DNA of 35,696 nt from a bacterium (GCA_021158045.1 JAGGVK010000053.1:1-35696); one strand, 5' to 3'. Shown: positions 17,952 to 26,697, counted from the stretch's first letter. The notes: generated by a model from the sequence alone, not told the origin. Made by a program: numbers and translations.

Positions 17952-18608
17952 ATGAGCCATAAAACTAATCCAAAAGTATTAAGAGTGAGAGGCTTAAAAG
18001 ACTGGCTAAGTAGAGGCTATTATGGTAAGAATTTAGCCCCGGTCCTTGAAGAGGATTTAAAAATCCGTAATTTTTTGCAGAAGAAATTGTCATCAGCAGC
18101 TGTTGAAAATATAGAAATTGAAAGGTCAGGCTCTTTATTAAAAGTTATTATTAACACTGCAAGACCGGCTTTAGTTATTGGTAGAGGGGGGAGGGATGTT
18201 GAAAGGTTACAGAAATCCTTGAAAAAGATTGTTGAAGAGCCTTCTGCGAAAAAGAGTTCAAGGGTTCAGCAAGTTAAGATTGAAATTAAGGAGGTAAAGA
18301 ATTTTTGGGAATCTCCAAATTTATGTGCTCAATGGATTAGCCAGCAATTAGAAAAAAGAGTGCCATACAGGAAAGTATTAAAAATGGCTTTATCTAAAAT
18401 AATGGCTCAAAAGGCAGTGAAAGGGGCTAAGGTTGAAGTTTCCGGGCGGTTAAATGGAGTGGAGATTGCTAGAACTGAGTGGTTGGGAGAAGGGCAATTG
18501 CCCAGAACCACTCTTAGGGCTGTAGTAGATTATGGTTTTCAACAAGCCTATTGCAAGTATGGAGTTATAGGTGTGAAAGTTTGGATTTACAAAGGTGAAA
18601 GAAAATAG
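17952..18608 (+). CDS. rpsC: 30S ribosomal protein uS3
   Basis: IEIER, TARPALVIG, SGRLNGVEIARTE and YGVIGVKVWIY. Confidence 0.98.
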   Translation: MSHKTNPKVLRVRGLKDWLSRGYYGKNLAPVLEEDLKIRNFLQKKLSSAAVENIEIERSGSLLKVIINTARPALVIGRGGRDVERLQKSLKKIVEEPSAKKSSRVQQVKIEIKEVKNFWESPNLCAQWISQQLEKRVPYRKVLKMALSKIMAQKAVKGAKVEVSGRLNGVEIARTEWLGEGQLPRTTLRAVVDYGFQQAYCKYGVIGVKVWIYKGERK

Positions 18609-18689
18609 AGGTTTTATGTATGCCATATTGTTTGTAATAAACTGAAATTTTTATTATAGTTTAGTTTTAAGAATTCGGGAATAATTAGT

Positions 18690-19106
18690 ATGTGGGAGCC
18701 AAGGAAGACAAAATTTAAAAAGCAGCAGAAAGGAAGAAGTAGAAAGCGCCTCAAAGAATTAAAGGGAGTAGAACTGTCGTTTGGCAGTTTTGGGATGCAA
18801 GCTCAAGATGCCTGCTGGTTGACAACTCATCAGCTTGAGGCAGTTAGGCGTGTTTTGCTTAGGTACTTAAAGAAGAGAGGAAAATTTTGGTTTAGGATAT
18901 TTCCCCAAAAACCCATTACATCTAAAGGGAATGAAGTGCCGATGGGGGGCGGTAAAGGGGCAGTTGTTGATTATGTGGTGCCAGTGCGTCCTGGAAGGAT
19001 TATTGTTGAAATAGACGGGGTAGAGGAAGGTTTGGCAAAAGAAATTATAAAACAGGCGTCAGCTAAACTGCCTATTAAAGTAAAGTTTATAAAGCGCCTT
19101 TTATGA
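18690..19106 (+). CDS. rplP: 50S ribosomal protein uL16
   Basis: PRKTKFKKQQKG, RIFPQKPIT, MGGGKG and KLPIK. Confidence 0.97.
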   Translation: MWEPRKTKFKKQQKGRSRKRLKELKGVELSFGSFGMQAQDACWLTTHQLEAVRRVLLRYLKKRGKFWFRIFPQKPITSKGNEVPMGGGKGAVVDYVVPVRPGRIIVEIDGVEEGLAKEIIKQASAKLPIKVKFIKRLL

Positions 19107-19315
19107 AAAAGAAAGAAAAAATTAGGGAGTTCTCACGTTTAGGGAAAGATGAACTTCAACAACTATTGATAAAACAGAGTTGGAAGTTGCACCAGCTTAG
19201 ATTTGACCTTGCTTCAGGCAAGGTTAGGGATATAAGGATTATAAAGGAGACAAAGAAGGACGTTGCCAGAATTAAAACACTTCTTAAGACGAAAGAAAAA
19301 GGTTTGAAACATTAA
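19103..19315 (+). CDS. rpmC: 50S ribosomal protein uL29
   Basis: LRFDLASG and KKDVARIKTLL; ATGA overlap with rplP. Confidence 0.93.
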   Translation: MKKKEKIREFSRLGKDELQQLLIKQSWKLHQLRFDLASGKVRDIRIIKETKKDVARIKTLLKTKEKGLKH

Positions 19316-19359
19316 GGAATTTATTTTTGAGAGAAAAAAGGCATAAATTGGTTTCAAAT

Positions 19360-19388
19360 TTGACATTATTTACAAATTCTGTTTTAAT
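19360..19388 (+). promoter_or_regulatory. Putative internal promoter upstream of rpsQ
   Basis: TTGACA (19360-19365), 17 nt spacer, TGt-TTTAAT. Confidence 0.45.
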
Positions 19389-19420
19389 CTATCTAGTGAG
19401 TTGAGTAAAAAAGAAAGCAT

Positions 19421-19696
19421 ATGCCAAAAAAGCGTTTAATCGGAACTATTATATCTAATAAAATGCAGAAGACAGTTGTTGTAAAAGTGGAAAGGTTAAA
19501 GCAGCACCCGAAGTATAAAAGAAGATATAAAGTTCATAAAAAATATAAAGCCCATATTGAAAAGGACTTAGGGTTTAAAGTTGGGGATAAAGTTGTGATT
19601 GAGGAATGCAGGCCAATTAGTAAAGACAAAAGATGGAGAGTGGTAAGCAAATTGAAAAGCGAAAAACCGCAGAGCAAGATTGAAAAAGAGAATTAA
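19421..19696 (+). CDS. rpsQ: 30S ribosomal protein uS17
   Basis: [14 protein letters not shown] and [18 protein letters not shown]. Confidence 0.97.
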   Translation: MPKKRLIGTIISNKMQKTVVVKVERLKQHPKYKRRYKVHKKYKAHIEKDLGFKVGDKVVIEECRPISKDKRWRVVSKLKSEKPQSKIEKEN

Positions 19697-19757
19697 TTTA
19701 ATTTTAGATTTTAGATTGTCATTTTTCATTTTTCATTTTTCATTTTTAATTTTCATT
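19649..19757 (+). repeat. Repeat overlapping the rpsQ 3' end, followed by (TTTTCAT)n
   Basis: 19672-19705 is identical (34 nt) to 23800-23833 at the rpsE 3' end; both are preceded by AAATTGAAAAG.GAAA and followed by TTAGATTGTCATTTTTCATTTTTCA. Confidence 0.88.
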
Positions 19758-19786
19758 TGGCTGAGCCCGCTTTAGCGGGACGAAGG

Positions 19787-19825
19787 AATATGATTCAACC
19801 AGGAACAAAATTGAAAGTAGCTGAT
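19787..19825 (+). pseudogene. Orphaned duplicate of the first 12 codons of rplN
   Basis: 39 nt identical to 20105-20143 (MIQPGTKLKVAD); preceded by AAGGA. Confidence 0.9.
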
Positions 19826-20143
19826 GTCGCTTGCCCTCCTGCCTTCGGTAGGCGCTCACTTCATTCGCTTCGCTCCCCAGAAACCCAGCTTTTACTCCAA
19901 TTCCGCTTCAGCGGAATTGGAGGCCACTTGTGGTCTCCAAATTCGCTTTTTGCGAATTTGGAGTATGTTTGGCGGTCGGCCTTCGGCCTCCCTGTTTTCC
20001 TACACAGGGGAGAATTCTTCTCCCCTGACACCCCTTTGCATCAGCTACTTTTGCCTTATTGACTTTAACTGAATTTAAATTTATTTTAGAAACATTATAG
20101 ACTAAATATGATTCAACCAGGAACAAAATTGAAAGTAGCTGAT
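19826..20143 (+). mobile_element. GTCGC-scaffold insertion 3 (rplN 5' end), including replacement start 20105-20143
   Basis: Starts GTCGC at the junction; shares modules with both fusA elements; 20040-20051 ATCAGCTACTTT is the reverse complement of junction 19814-19825. Confidence 0.82.
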
Positions 20144-20476
20144 AATAGCGGAGCTAAAATTGTGCAGTGTTTTAATTTGCCCGGTGGCACGAGGAAACGT
20201 TATGCTCAACTTGGCGATGTAATTGTAGCTGCAGTTAAGAAAGCTGAGCCAAGAAAAGAAGTTAAACTTCACAGTATTGTAAGGGCAGTTATTGTTAGGC
20301 AAAAAAGAGAATATAAAAGAGAAGATGGCTCATATATTAGATTTGGCGATAATGCTTGTGTAATTTTAGCTGATAAAAAAAATCCAAAAGGAAATAGGAT
20401 TTTAGGGCCTATCCCGAGAGAATTAAAGAGGAAAGGATTTGAAAAAATAGTTACAATGGCAAAGGAAGTAGTTTAG
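20108..20476 (+). CDS. rplN: 50S ribosomal protein uL14
   Basis: VADNSGAK, AVIVR, DGSYIRFGDNA and RILGPIPREL. Confidence 0.98.
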   Translation: MIQPGTKLKVADNSGAKIVQCFNLPGGTRKRYAQLGDVIVAAVKKAEPRKEVKLHSIVRAVIVRQKREYKREDGSYIRFGDNACVILADKKNPKGNRILGPIPRELKRKGFEKIVTMAKEVV

Positions 20477-20614
20477 GGTTGGTCGAAAAATTTGCGCCCA
20501 AGGGCAACGAAATCGAGCATCAAGCATATAGAGTGTTATGTGCTCAGGCGCTTGGTGCAAGAATTCATAAATTCATTTGCGCATAAATGCGCTTATTCAT
20601 TAACGATTTCTAAC

Positions 20615-20935
20615 ATGAAATTAAGAAAAGGTGACCAAGTTTTAGTGATTAATGGTAAAGACAGGGGAAAGAAGGGAAAAATTCTTCGTGCTTTTCCTAA
20701 AGATAATAAAATTTTAGTTGATGGAGTTGCTATTCATAAGAAACATGTTCGGCCTAAGAAAGAAGGAGAAAAAGGGCAGATTGTGGAAGTTATTTCGCCA
20801 ATTTCAGCATCAAAAGTGAAATTAATTTGCCCCCACTGCAAAAAGCCTACAAGGGTAGGCTATAAAGTAATTTTGCAGGGGGATAATCGGAAGTTAAAGG
20901 TAAGAATTTGCAAAAGATGCGGGGAAGAAATATAA
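20615..20935 (+). CDS. rplX: 50S ribosomal protein uL24 (true start 20615), with CxxC...CxxC
   Basis: KLRKGDQVLVINGKDRGKKG KOW motif; CPHC and CKRC. Confidence 0.97.
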   Translation: MKLRKGDQVLVINGKDRGKKGKILRAFPKDNKILVDGVAIHKKHVRPKKEGEKGQIVEVISPISASKVKLICPHCKKPTRVGYKVILQGDNRKLKVRICKRCGEEI

Positions 20936-20992
20936 TATTGCTTTAAAACTTTGGTTTCAAAATTTTAATTTGTGTCTTCAAGCTGTATTAAT

Positions 20993-21565
20993 ATGATCCA
21001 TCTAAGCGAAAAATATAAAAAGGAAGTGATTCCGGCTATGATGAAAAAGTTTGGTTATAAGAATCGCTTAGCTGTTCCTAAAATTAAGCAAGTAGTTATA
21101 AATTGCGGATTTGGAAAATTGGTTACCAGCGAAAGCAAAAGCGAGCAAAAAAAGATTCAAGAGCATATTTTAAAAGATATGGCTCTAATCACCGGACAGA
21201 AACCTGCCTTAAGAAAAGCAAGGAAATCAATTGCGGGATTTAAACTAAGAGAGGGGAATTTTATTGGAGCGAAGGTTACTTTAAGAAAGAGGAGAATGTA
21301 TGATTTTTTGGAAAGATTAATTTATATAGCTTTTCCTCGTAGCCGAGATTTTCGGGGCCTTGACCCAAATTCTGTTGATAAAGCCGGTAATTTAACAATT
21401 GGAGTTAAGGAGCACACAATATTCCCTGAGATTTCTGTGGAGAAAGAAAAGGCTATATTTGGAATGAGTATTACTGTAGTAACTAGCGCAAATTCTCGAG
21501 AAGAAGGATTGGAGTTGTTAAGGCTAATGGGTTTTCCTTTAAGGGTAGAGAATAAAAAAATATAG
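20993..21565 (+). CDS. rplE: 50S ribosomal protein uL5 (true start 20993)
   Basis: [24 protein letters not shown] and IFPEI. Confidence 0.98.
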   Translation: MIHLSEKYKKEVIPAMMKKFGYKNRLAVPKIKQVVINCGFGKLVTSESKSEQKKIQEHILKDMALITGQKPALRKARKSIAGFKLREGNFIGAKVTLRKRRMYDFLERLIYIAFPRSRDFRGLDPNSVDKAGNLTIGVKEHTIFPEISVEKEKAIFGMSITVVTSANSREEGLELLRLMGFPLRVENKKI

Positions 21566-21627
21566 AGAAAAGTTTTGAGAAAATAATTTATTTTGCATTT
21601 TTCATTTTTATTCTTATAGTTAATTTT

Positions 21628-21813
21628 ATGGCTAAGAAATCGCAAATAGTAAGAGCTAAGAAAAAACCCAAATTTAAAACTCGAGTTGTGAGGCGCTGTT
21701 TTAGATGTGGAAGGCGGCGTGGCTATATGCGAGAATTTGGCTTGTGTAGAATATGCTTTCGTGAATTAGCAAGTAAAGGAGAGATTCCGGGAGTCAAGAA
21801 AAGCAGTTGGTAA
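21628..21813 (+). CDS. rpsN: 30S ribosomal protein uS14, Zn-binding short type
   Basis: 61 aa; CFRC...CRIC and [11 protein letters not shown]. Confidence 0.97.
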   Translation: MAKKSQIVRAKKKPKFKTRVVRRCFRCGRRRGYMREFGLCRICFRELASKGEIPGVKKSSW

Positions 21814-21850
21814 TGTAAAATAGTTTTATAAGTTTACTAATATTTTGTCT

Positions 21851-22243
21851 ATGCTTGATCCAATTGTAGATTTATTAAATAGAATACGTAACGCTCAGGC
21901 TGTTCGCCATCAGATGGTAGAAATACCTTTTTCTAAAATGAAGCTGAAAATTGTGGAAATTCTAGCCGAAAAGGGATTTATCGGTTCTGTTAGAGTTAAA
22001 AAAAAGAGAGGGAAAAAGATAATTAGCATTATATTAAAATATAACGAGATGGGCCTGCCGCAGATTTCTGGTTTGAAGCGTATTTCTAAATCAGGACAGA
22101 GAGTTTATAAAAAATCAGAAGAGCTTCAGAAAGTTAGAGGTGGATATGGGCTCCTAATTGTTTCTACGCCAAAAGGGTTGATGACAGGGCAGGAAGCGAG
22201 AAAAAAGAGATTAGGAGGAGAGATAATCTGTGAGGTATGGTGA
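21851..22243 (+). CDS. rpsH: 30S ribosomal protein uS8
   Basis: DPIVDLLNRIRNA, RISKSGQRVY, STPKG and GGEIICEVW. Confidence 0.98.
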   Translation: MLDPIVDLLNRIRNAQAVRHQMVEIPFSKMKLKIVEILAEKGFIGSVRVKKKRGKKIISIILKYNEMGLPQISGLKRISKSGQRVYKKSEELQKVRGGYGLLIVSTPKGLMTGQEARKKRLGGEIICEVW

Positions 22244-22286
22244 GCATCTAAGATAGAAATAATTTTTATTTTACATTTTAAATTAT

Positions 22287-22835
22287 ATGAGTCGTATTGG
22301 TAAAAAACCTATAATAATACCTCAAGGAATAGAAGTTAAAATTAAGGGCCAGGATGTTATTGTTAAAGGTCCGAAGGGCGAGATTTCTCAAAAGATTCCC
22401 CAGGAGGTTTTAATAAAGAAAGAAGAAAACAGGATAGTGCTCTCCCTTAAAAGACAAACAAAAGAGGCTTCATCTTTTTGGGGGCTAACAAGGGCGCTTT
22501 TGGCAAATAATATAAAAGGGGTATCAGAAGGATTTGAAAAAAGGCTTGAATTACGAGGAATTGGCTATCGGGCAGTAATGGATGGAGAAAATAAAATTCG
22601 CTTAGAAGTTGGTTTTTCCCATCCAATAATTATTTCGGTTCCTGAGGGAATTCAAGCTTCTGTGGAAAAAAATATTATTATTATTTCTGGTATTAACAAA
22701 CAAAAAGTTGGAGAATTTGCGGCAAAACTGAGGAGAATTCGCCCTCCTGAGCCATATAAAGGCAAAGGAATTCGTTATTTAGGAGAAAAGGTAAGAAGAA
22801 AAGAAGGAAAGAAAGCAGCGACGACCGCCGCCTAA
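22287..22835 (+). CDS. rplF: 50S ribosomal protein uL6
   Basis: MSRIGKKPI, GIGYRA and RPPEPYKGKGIRY. Confidence 0.98.
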   Translation: MSRIGKKPIIIPQGIEVKIKGQDVIVKGPKGEISQKIPQEVLIKKEENRIVLSLKRQTKEASSFWGLTRALLANNIKGVSEGFEKRLELRGIGYRAVMDGENKIRLEVGFSHPIIISVPEGIQASVEKNIIIISGINKQKVGEFAAKLRRIRPPEPYKGKGIRYLGEKVRRKEGKKAATTAA

Positions 22836-22899
22836 TTAATGAATCTATGAATCTTTTGCGAACACACGAATATTCGTAAATTTGTTGATAAAGAGCCTT

Positions 22900-23307
22900 A
22901 TGAAAAAAGCAACAAAAAAAGAAGCAAGGGATAGACGCCACAAAAGGGTAAGGGCTAAGATACATGGAACGGCTCAGGTGCCACGGCTTTGTGTTTTTCG
23001 TTCGCGGAAATACATTTATGCGCAATTAATTGACGATGAAAAAGGAAGGACTATTGTTGCTGCTAATGATTTAAAGCTGAAGCCATTGCCTTTGCAAAGA
23101 ATTAAACATCAAAACAAAGGCGAGAAAGAGCAGGAAGAATTATTAAGCAGGAAAGTTGCTTTGGCTTTTGAGGTAGGAAAGCTAATTGCCCAGAGGGCTG
23201 TTGCTAAAAAGATTAAAAGAGTTGTCTTTGATAAGGGGGGGTATAAGTATCATGGAAGGGTTAGGGCAGTTGCAGAGGGAGCTAGAAAGGGAGGCTTAAA
23301 ATTTTAA
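22900..23307 (+). CDS. rplR: 50S ribosomal protein uL18 (true start 22900)
   Basis: [16 protein letters not shown] and [14 protein letters not shown]. Confidence 0.97.
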   Translation: MKKATKKEARDRRHKRVRAKIHGTAQVPRLCVFRSRKYIYAQLIDDEKGRTIVAANDLKLKPLPLQRIKHQNKGEKEQEELLSRKVALAFEVGKLIAQRAVAKKIKRVVFDKGGYKYHGRVRAVAEGARKGGLKF

Positions 23308-23328
23308 CTCTGAAGTTCTTGTAAATTT

Positions 23329-23811
23329 ATGTTTCACAATAAAAGAGAACCAAAAATTAAAAGCGAATACGAATCTGAGCTTTTAGACTTAGCAAGGGTA
23401 ACCCGAGTTACTGCTGGAGGAAAGCAGCTTAGGTTTCGAGCAGTTGTTGTTGTTGGCAATAAGAAAGGGAAAGTTGGGGTGGGGGTATCTAAAGGGACTG
23501 ATGTTGGAAAGGCCATAGAAAAGGCTACAAGATTAGCAAAGAAAAATATAGTAGAAATTCCTATTGTTGAAAATGGCATACCTTATGTGACAGAGGCTAA
23601 ATATAGTTCCTCGAGAGTTTTGATTCGCCCTCAAAGTCAAGGCAGGGGGCTTGTGGCCGGAGGACCAGTGAGAGTAGTATGTAGGTTGTTGGGGCTGAAA
23701 GATATATCTGCTAAAATATTGTCGAAATCAAGAAACAAGTTGACCATTGCTAGAGCAACAATAAAAGCATTGGAGAAATTGAAAAGTGAAACTCGAGCGG
23801 AGCAAGATTGA
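23329..23811 (+). CDS. rpsE: 30S ribosomal protein uS5
   Basis: RVTRVTAGGK.LRFRAVVVVGN and GLVAGGPVR. Confidence 0.97.
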   Translation: MFHNKREPKIKSEYESELLDLARVTRVTAGGKQLRFRAVVVVGNKKGKVGVGVSKGTDVGKAIEKATRLAKKNIVEIPIVENGIPYVTEAKYSSSRVLIRPQSQGRGLVAGGPVRVVCRLLGLKDISAKILSKSRNKLTIARATIKALEKLKSETRAEQD

Positions 23812-23942
23812 AAAAGAGAATTAATTTAATTTTGGATTTTAATTATCATTTTTAGATTGTCATTTTTCATTTTTCACTTTTCATTTTTCATTTTTAATTT
23901 AATTTGATTTTAGATTGTCATTTTTCATTTTTCATTTTTAAT
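23776..23942 (+). repeat. Repeat overlapping the rpsE 3' end plus (TTTTCAT)n, in the slot usually held by rpmD
   Basis: Same element as 19649-19757; TTTTAGATTGTCATTTTTCATTTTTCA occurs twice. Confidence 0.88.
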
Positions 23943-23950
23943 TTATTAAC

Positions 23951-24430
23951 ATGCAGTTACATCAACTAAAACCAACTCACAAGAGGAAAAAGAAGAAAAG
24001 GATAGGGCGTGGAGGAAAACGCGGTAGATATTCGGGTAGGGGAATAAAAGGGCAAAAGTCAAGAGCAGGAAGAAAAATGCAGCCGTTCATACGAGAATTA
24101 ATCAAAAAATACCACAAGCTTAGAGGTTATAATATGTCCTCTCGTGAGAGGGTTGTTGGCGTTAATGTAGATGTTTTAGACAGGTATTTTAAAGATGGTG
24201 AGTTAGTTAATCCCAAAATTTTGACTGCAAGGAGAATAATTCGTAAAATAAAGGGAAGAATGCCTAAAATTAAAATTTTAGGGAGAGGAGAACTAAAAAA
24301 GAAACTAGTAGTTAGAGGATGTGAAGTATCAAAAGGAGCTGAAGCAAAAATTAAGAAAGTTGGGGGCACAGTGAAAGTGGCAAATAGCCAAGACCAAATG
24401 TCCAATAAAGCTCAAAGCTCTAATGGTTAA
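23951..24430 (+). CDS. rplO: 50S ribosomal protein uL15
   Basis: RIGRGGKRG.YSGRG.KGQKSRAG and KILGRGEL. Confidence 0.97.
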   Translation: MQLHQLKPTHKRKKKKRIGRGGKRGRYSGRGIKGQKSRAGRKMQPFIRELIKKYHKLRGYNMSSRERVVGVNVDVLDRYFKDGELVNPKILTARRIIRKIKGRMPKIKILGRGELKKKLVVRGCEVSKGAEAKIKKVGGTVKVANSQDQMSNKAQSSNG

Positions 24431-24514
24431 AGATAATTATATTTTTGGTTTTAAGAGTAAAGATTTAATTGGTTATTAGGATTTGAGATTTGAATTTTGA
24501 CCATTGGGCATTGG
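24381..24514. repeat. Degenerate bipartite heptamer repeat overlapping the rplO 3' end
   Basis: CAAATAG CCAAGAC CAAATGT CCAA...CTCAAAG, then ...GATTTGA GATTTGA ATTTTGA CCATTGG GCATTGG. Confidence 0.55.
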
Positions 24515-24588
24515 ATTATTTCCTGTCCATGTGAGAGACAAAGTAATTATGTCCCTATGTAGTTCAGGGTTGAGTTTAAATATTTTTT

Positions 24589-25872
24589 ATGAACTGGTTT
24601 CAAAAACTCATTTTAATATTTAAAGATAAACAACTTCGTGGCAAGATATTGTTTGTTCTGGGTGTTTTTGGTGTATTTAGATTGATGGCAAATATTCCTA
24701 TTCCAGGCATTAATGTTGAAAATCTAAGAAAGATATTTGCCAGGAGCCCAATGCTGGGGCTTTTTGATTTGTTTGCGGGGGGAGCGTTGAGTAAACTCTC
24801 TATTGTGATGTTAGGGTTGGGCCCTTATATTACAGCTGTTATTATTCTACAGCTTTTGACAATGATTTTTCCAAGTTTAGAGAAAATGTACAAGGAAGAA
24901 GGGGAGCGCGGCAGGCAGAAATTTAATCAATATGGCAGAATATTAACCGTGCCTTTAGCAGCCCTGCAGGGTTATGGAATGTTAACTTTATTCCAAAAGC
25001 AAGGATTCATTCCTCCCCTTTCTTTGCCATTGCTTCTGGCTTCAGTTGCAACTATTGTTGGAGGGGCTATGCTTTTGATGTGGTTGGGGGAGTTAATTTC
25101 AGAAAAAGGAATTGGCAATGGAGTTTCGCTCTTAATATTTGCTGGTATTGTTGCAAGAACTCCTTCCGAGGTAGGAAAGCTTGCTGTGGGTTGGAATGTT
25201 GCCAATATTCCTTCATATATTTTATTTTTTGTAGGCGCTTTGTTTATCATCACAGGAGTGGTCTTGATAAATGAGGCAAGGAGAAATATTCCCATATCTT
25301 ATGCAAAAAGAGTGAGGGGGCAGAAAGTATACGGAGGGGTTTCAACTTATTTGCCGATGATGGTTAATCCTGCTGGTGTGATACCTATTATTTTTGCCTT
25401 GAGCCTTTTGCTTTTTCCAGGCATGCTTGCAAATTTGTTGTCTGCTACTGGTAATCCAACATGGGCTAATTTTGCTATAGGAATTAATAATATATTAAAA
25501 AATCTTTGGGTTTATGGAATATTGTATTTTGTTTTAGTTTTTCTTTTTACTTACTTTTATACGGCTATTACTTTTGACCCAAAAGCTATTGCCGAAAATC
25601 TCCAAAAAATGGGCGGGTTTGTTCCCGGAATTAGGCCCGGCGCTTCTACAGCAGAATTTTTGCATAAAATTCTATATAGAATTCTTATTATTGGAGCTAG
25701 TTTTTTAGGCTCTGTAGCCGTTTTACCAACTGTTATTCAGTCTTTAACCGGTGTTCATGCTTTTAGCTTCTTAGTTGGTGGTACCGGGCTTTTGATTATT
25801 GTCAGTGTTGTTTTAGACACATGGCGGCAAATTAAAGCCCAATTGGAGATGAAAGAATATGAAAGATTCTAA
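24589..25872 (+). CDS. secY: Preprotein translocase subunit SecY
   Basis: LGLGPYITA.II.QLL, WLGELISEKGIGNG, AGVIPIIFA and GFVPGIRPG. Confidence 0.98.
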   Translation: MNWFQKLILIFKDKQLRGKILFVLGVFGVFRLMANIPIPGINVENLRKIFARSPMLGLFDLFAGGALSKLSIVMLGLGPYITAVIILQLLTMIFPSLEKMYKEEGERGRQKFNQYGRILTVPLAALQGYGMLTLFQKQGFIPPLSLPLLLASVATIVGGAMLLMWLGELISEKGIGNGVSLLIFAGIVARTPSEVGKLAVGWNVANIPSYILFFVGALFIITGVVLINEARRNIPISYAKRVRGQKVYGGVSTYLPMMVNPAGVIPIIFALSLLLFPGMLANLLSATGNPTWANFAIGINNILKNLWVYGILYFVLVFLFTYFYTAITFDPKAIAENLQKMGGFVPGIRPGASTAEFLHKILYRILIIGASFLGSVAVLPTVIQSLTGVHAFSFLVGGTGLLIIVSVVLDTWRQIKAQLEMKEYERF

Positions 25873-26001
25873 AAGGTTTTTGCTTTTGAAAGCGAACCGA
25901 GGTGTGGCCTGGACATCTATAAAGCCTTTATTCCTTTCTATAGCAGTACCGAGCGCATAAAGCTTTATGTGTTTAATACCTGCCAATAAACAATCTCTAA
26001 T

Positions 26002-26697
26002 ATGAGAAACAAATTGGTTATAATCTTATTAGGAGCCCCAGGCGCAGGCAAAGGAACGCAGGCTGAACTTTTGTCGGAGAAATTGAATTTGTATTATTTT
26101 GAAACAAGCAAAATCTTGGAAAATGCAATCAAAAAAGCCAAAGAAGGGGATTTTATAAAAGTTGCTGGCAAAAAATATTTTTTCGACTATGAAAGAAAAC
26201 TTTGGGAAACAGGAAAACTTTGCGACCCGCCTTTTGTTGTTTTTTTAGTTAAAGAAAAGATTAAAAACCTTTATAAATCAGATGAAAATTTAGTTATTGC
26301 CGGGTCTCCGCGGACATTATACGAAGCAAAGAGTATAATGCCCCTCTTGGAGAAATTATATGGCGTAGAAAATATTAAGGTTGTCTTAATTGAGGTTTCT
26401 GCCCAAGAATCGATATTTAGAAATTCTCATCGAAGAATTTGCCGGTTGATGAGGCATCCTATTTTATACAATAAAGAAACCAAGAATCTTAAAATGTGTC
26501 CTTTAGACGGTTCAAGATTAATTAGAAGAAAGGGCCTTGACGACCCCGAAACTATTAAAGTAAGGTTAAAGCAATATCATACCAGAACCCTTCCTTTGGT
26601 GGACTACTTTAAGAAAAGAAATTTGGCGGTGAAGAGAATCAATGGTAAGGGGTCGGTGGCTAATGTTTTTAAAAGAGTTTTGGAAGCATTAGAATAA
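26002..26697 (+). CDS. adk: Adenylate kinase family nucleoside monophosphate kinase (divergent)
   Basis: GAPGAGKGTQA P-loop, GSPRT and DD.ETIKVRL..Y; between secY and map. Confidence 0.88.
   Translation: MRNKLVIILLGAPGAGKGTQAELLSEKLNLYYFETSKILENAIKKAKEGDFIKVAGKKYFFDYERKLWETGKLCDPPFVVFLVKEKIKNLYKSDENLVIAGSPRTLYEAKSIMPLLEKLYGVENIKVVLIEVSAQESIFRNSHRRICRLMRHPILYNKETKNLKMCPLDGSRLIRRKGLDDPETIKVRLKQYHTRTLPLVDYFKKRNLAVKRINGKGSVANVFKRVLEALE

Noticed and set aside
9147-20143. Group II or group I introns
   Set aside because: GTCGC and the terminal hairpin loosely recall GUGYG and domain VI, but I see no domain V, the elements are too short, one is antisense to its gene, and the duplications make splicing unnecessary.
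9034-20143. Duplications as pure assembly artifacts
   Set aside because: Shared scaffold, fixed GTCGC junction, target-matched antisense segments and the recoded fusA tail are not expected from misassembly; read-level confirmation is still needed.
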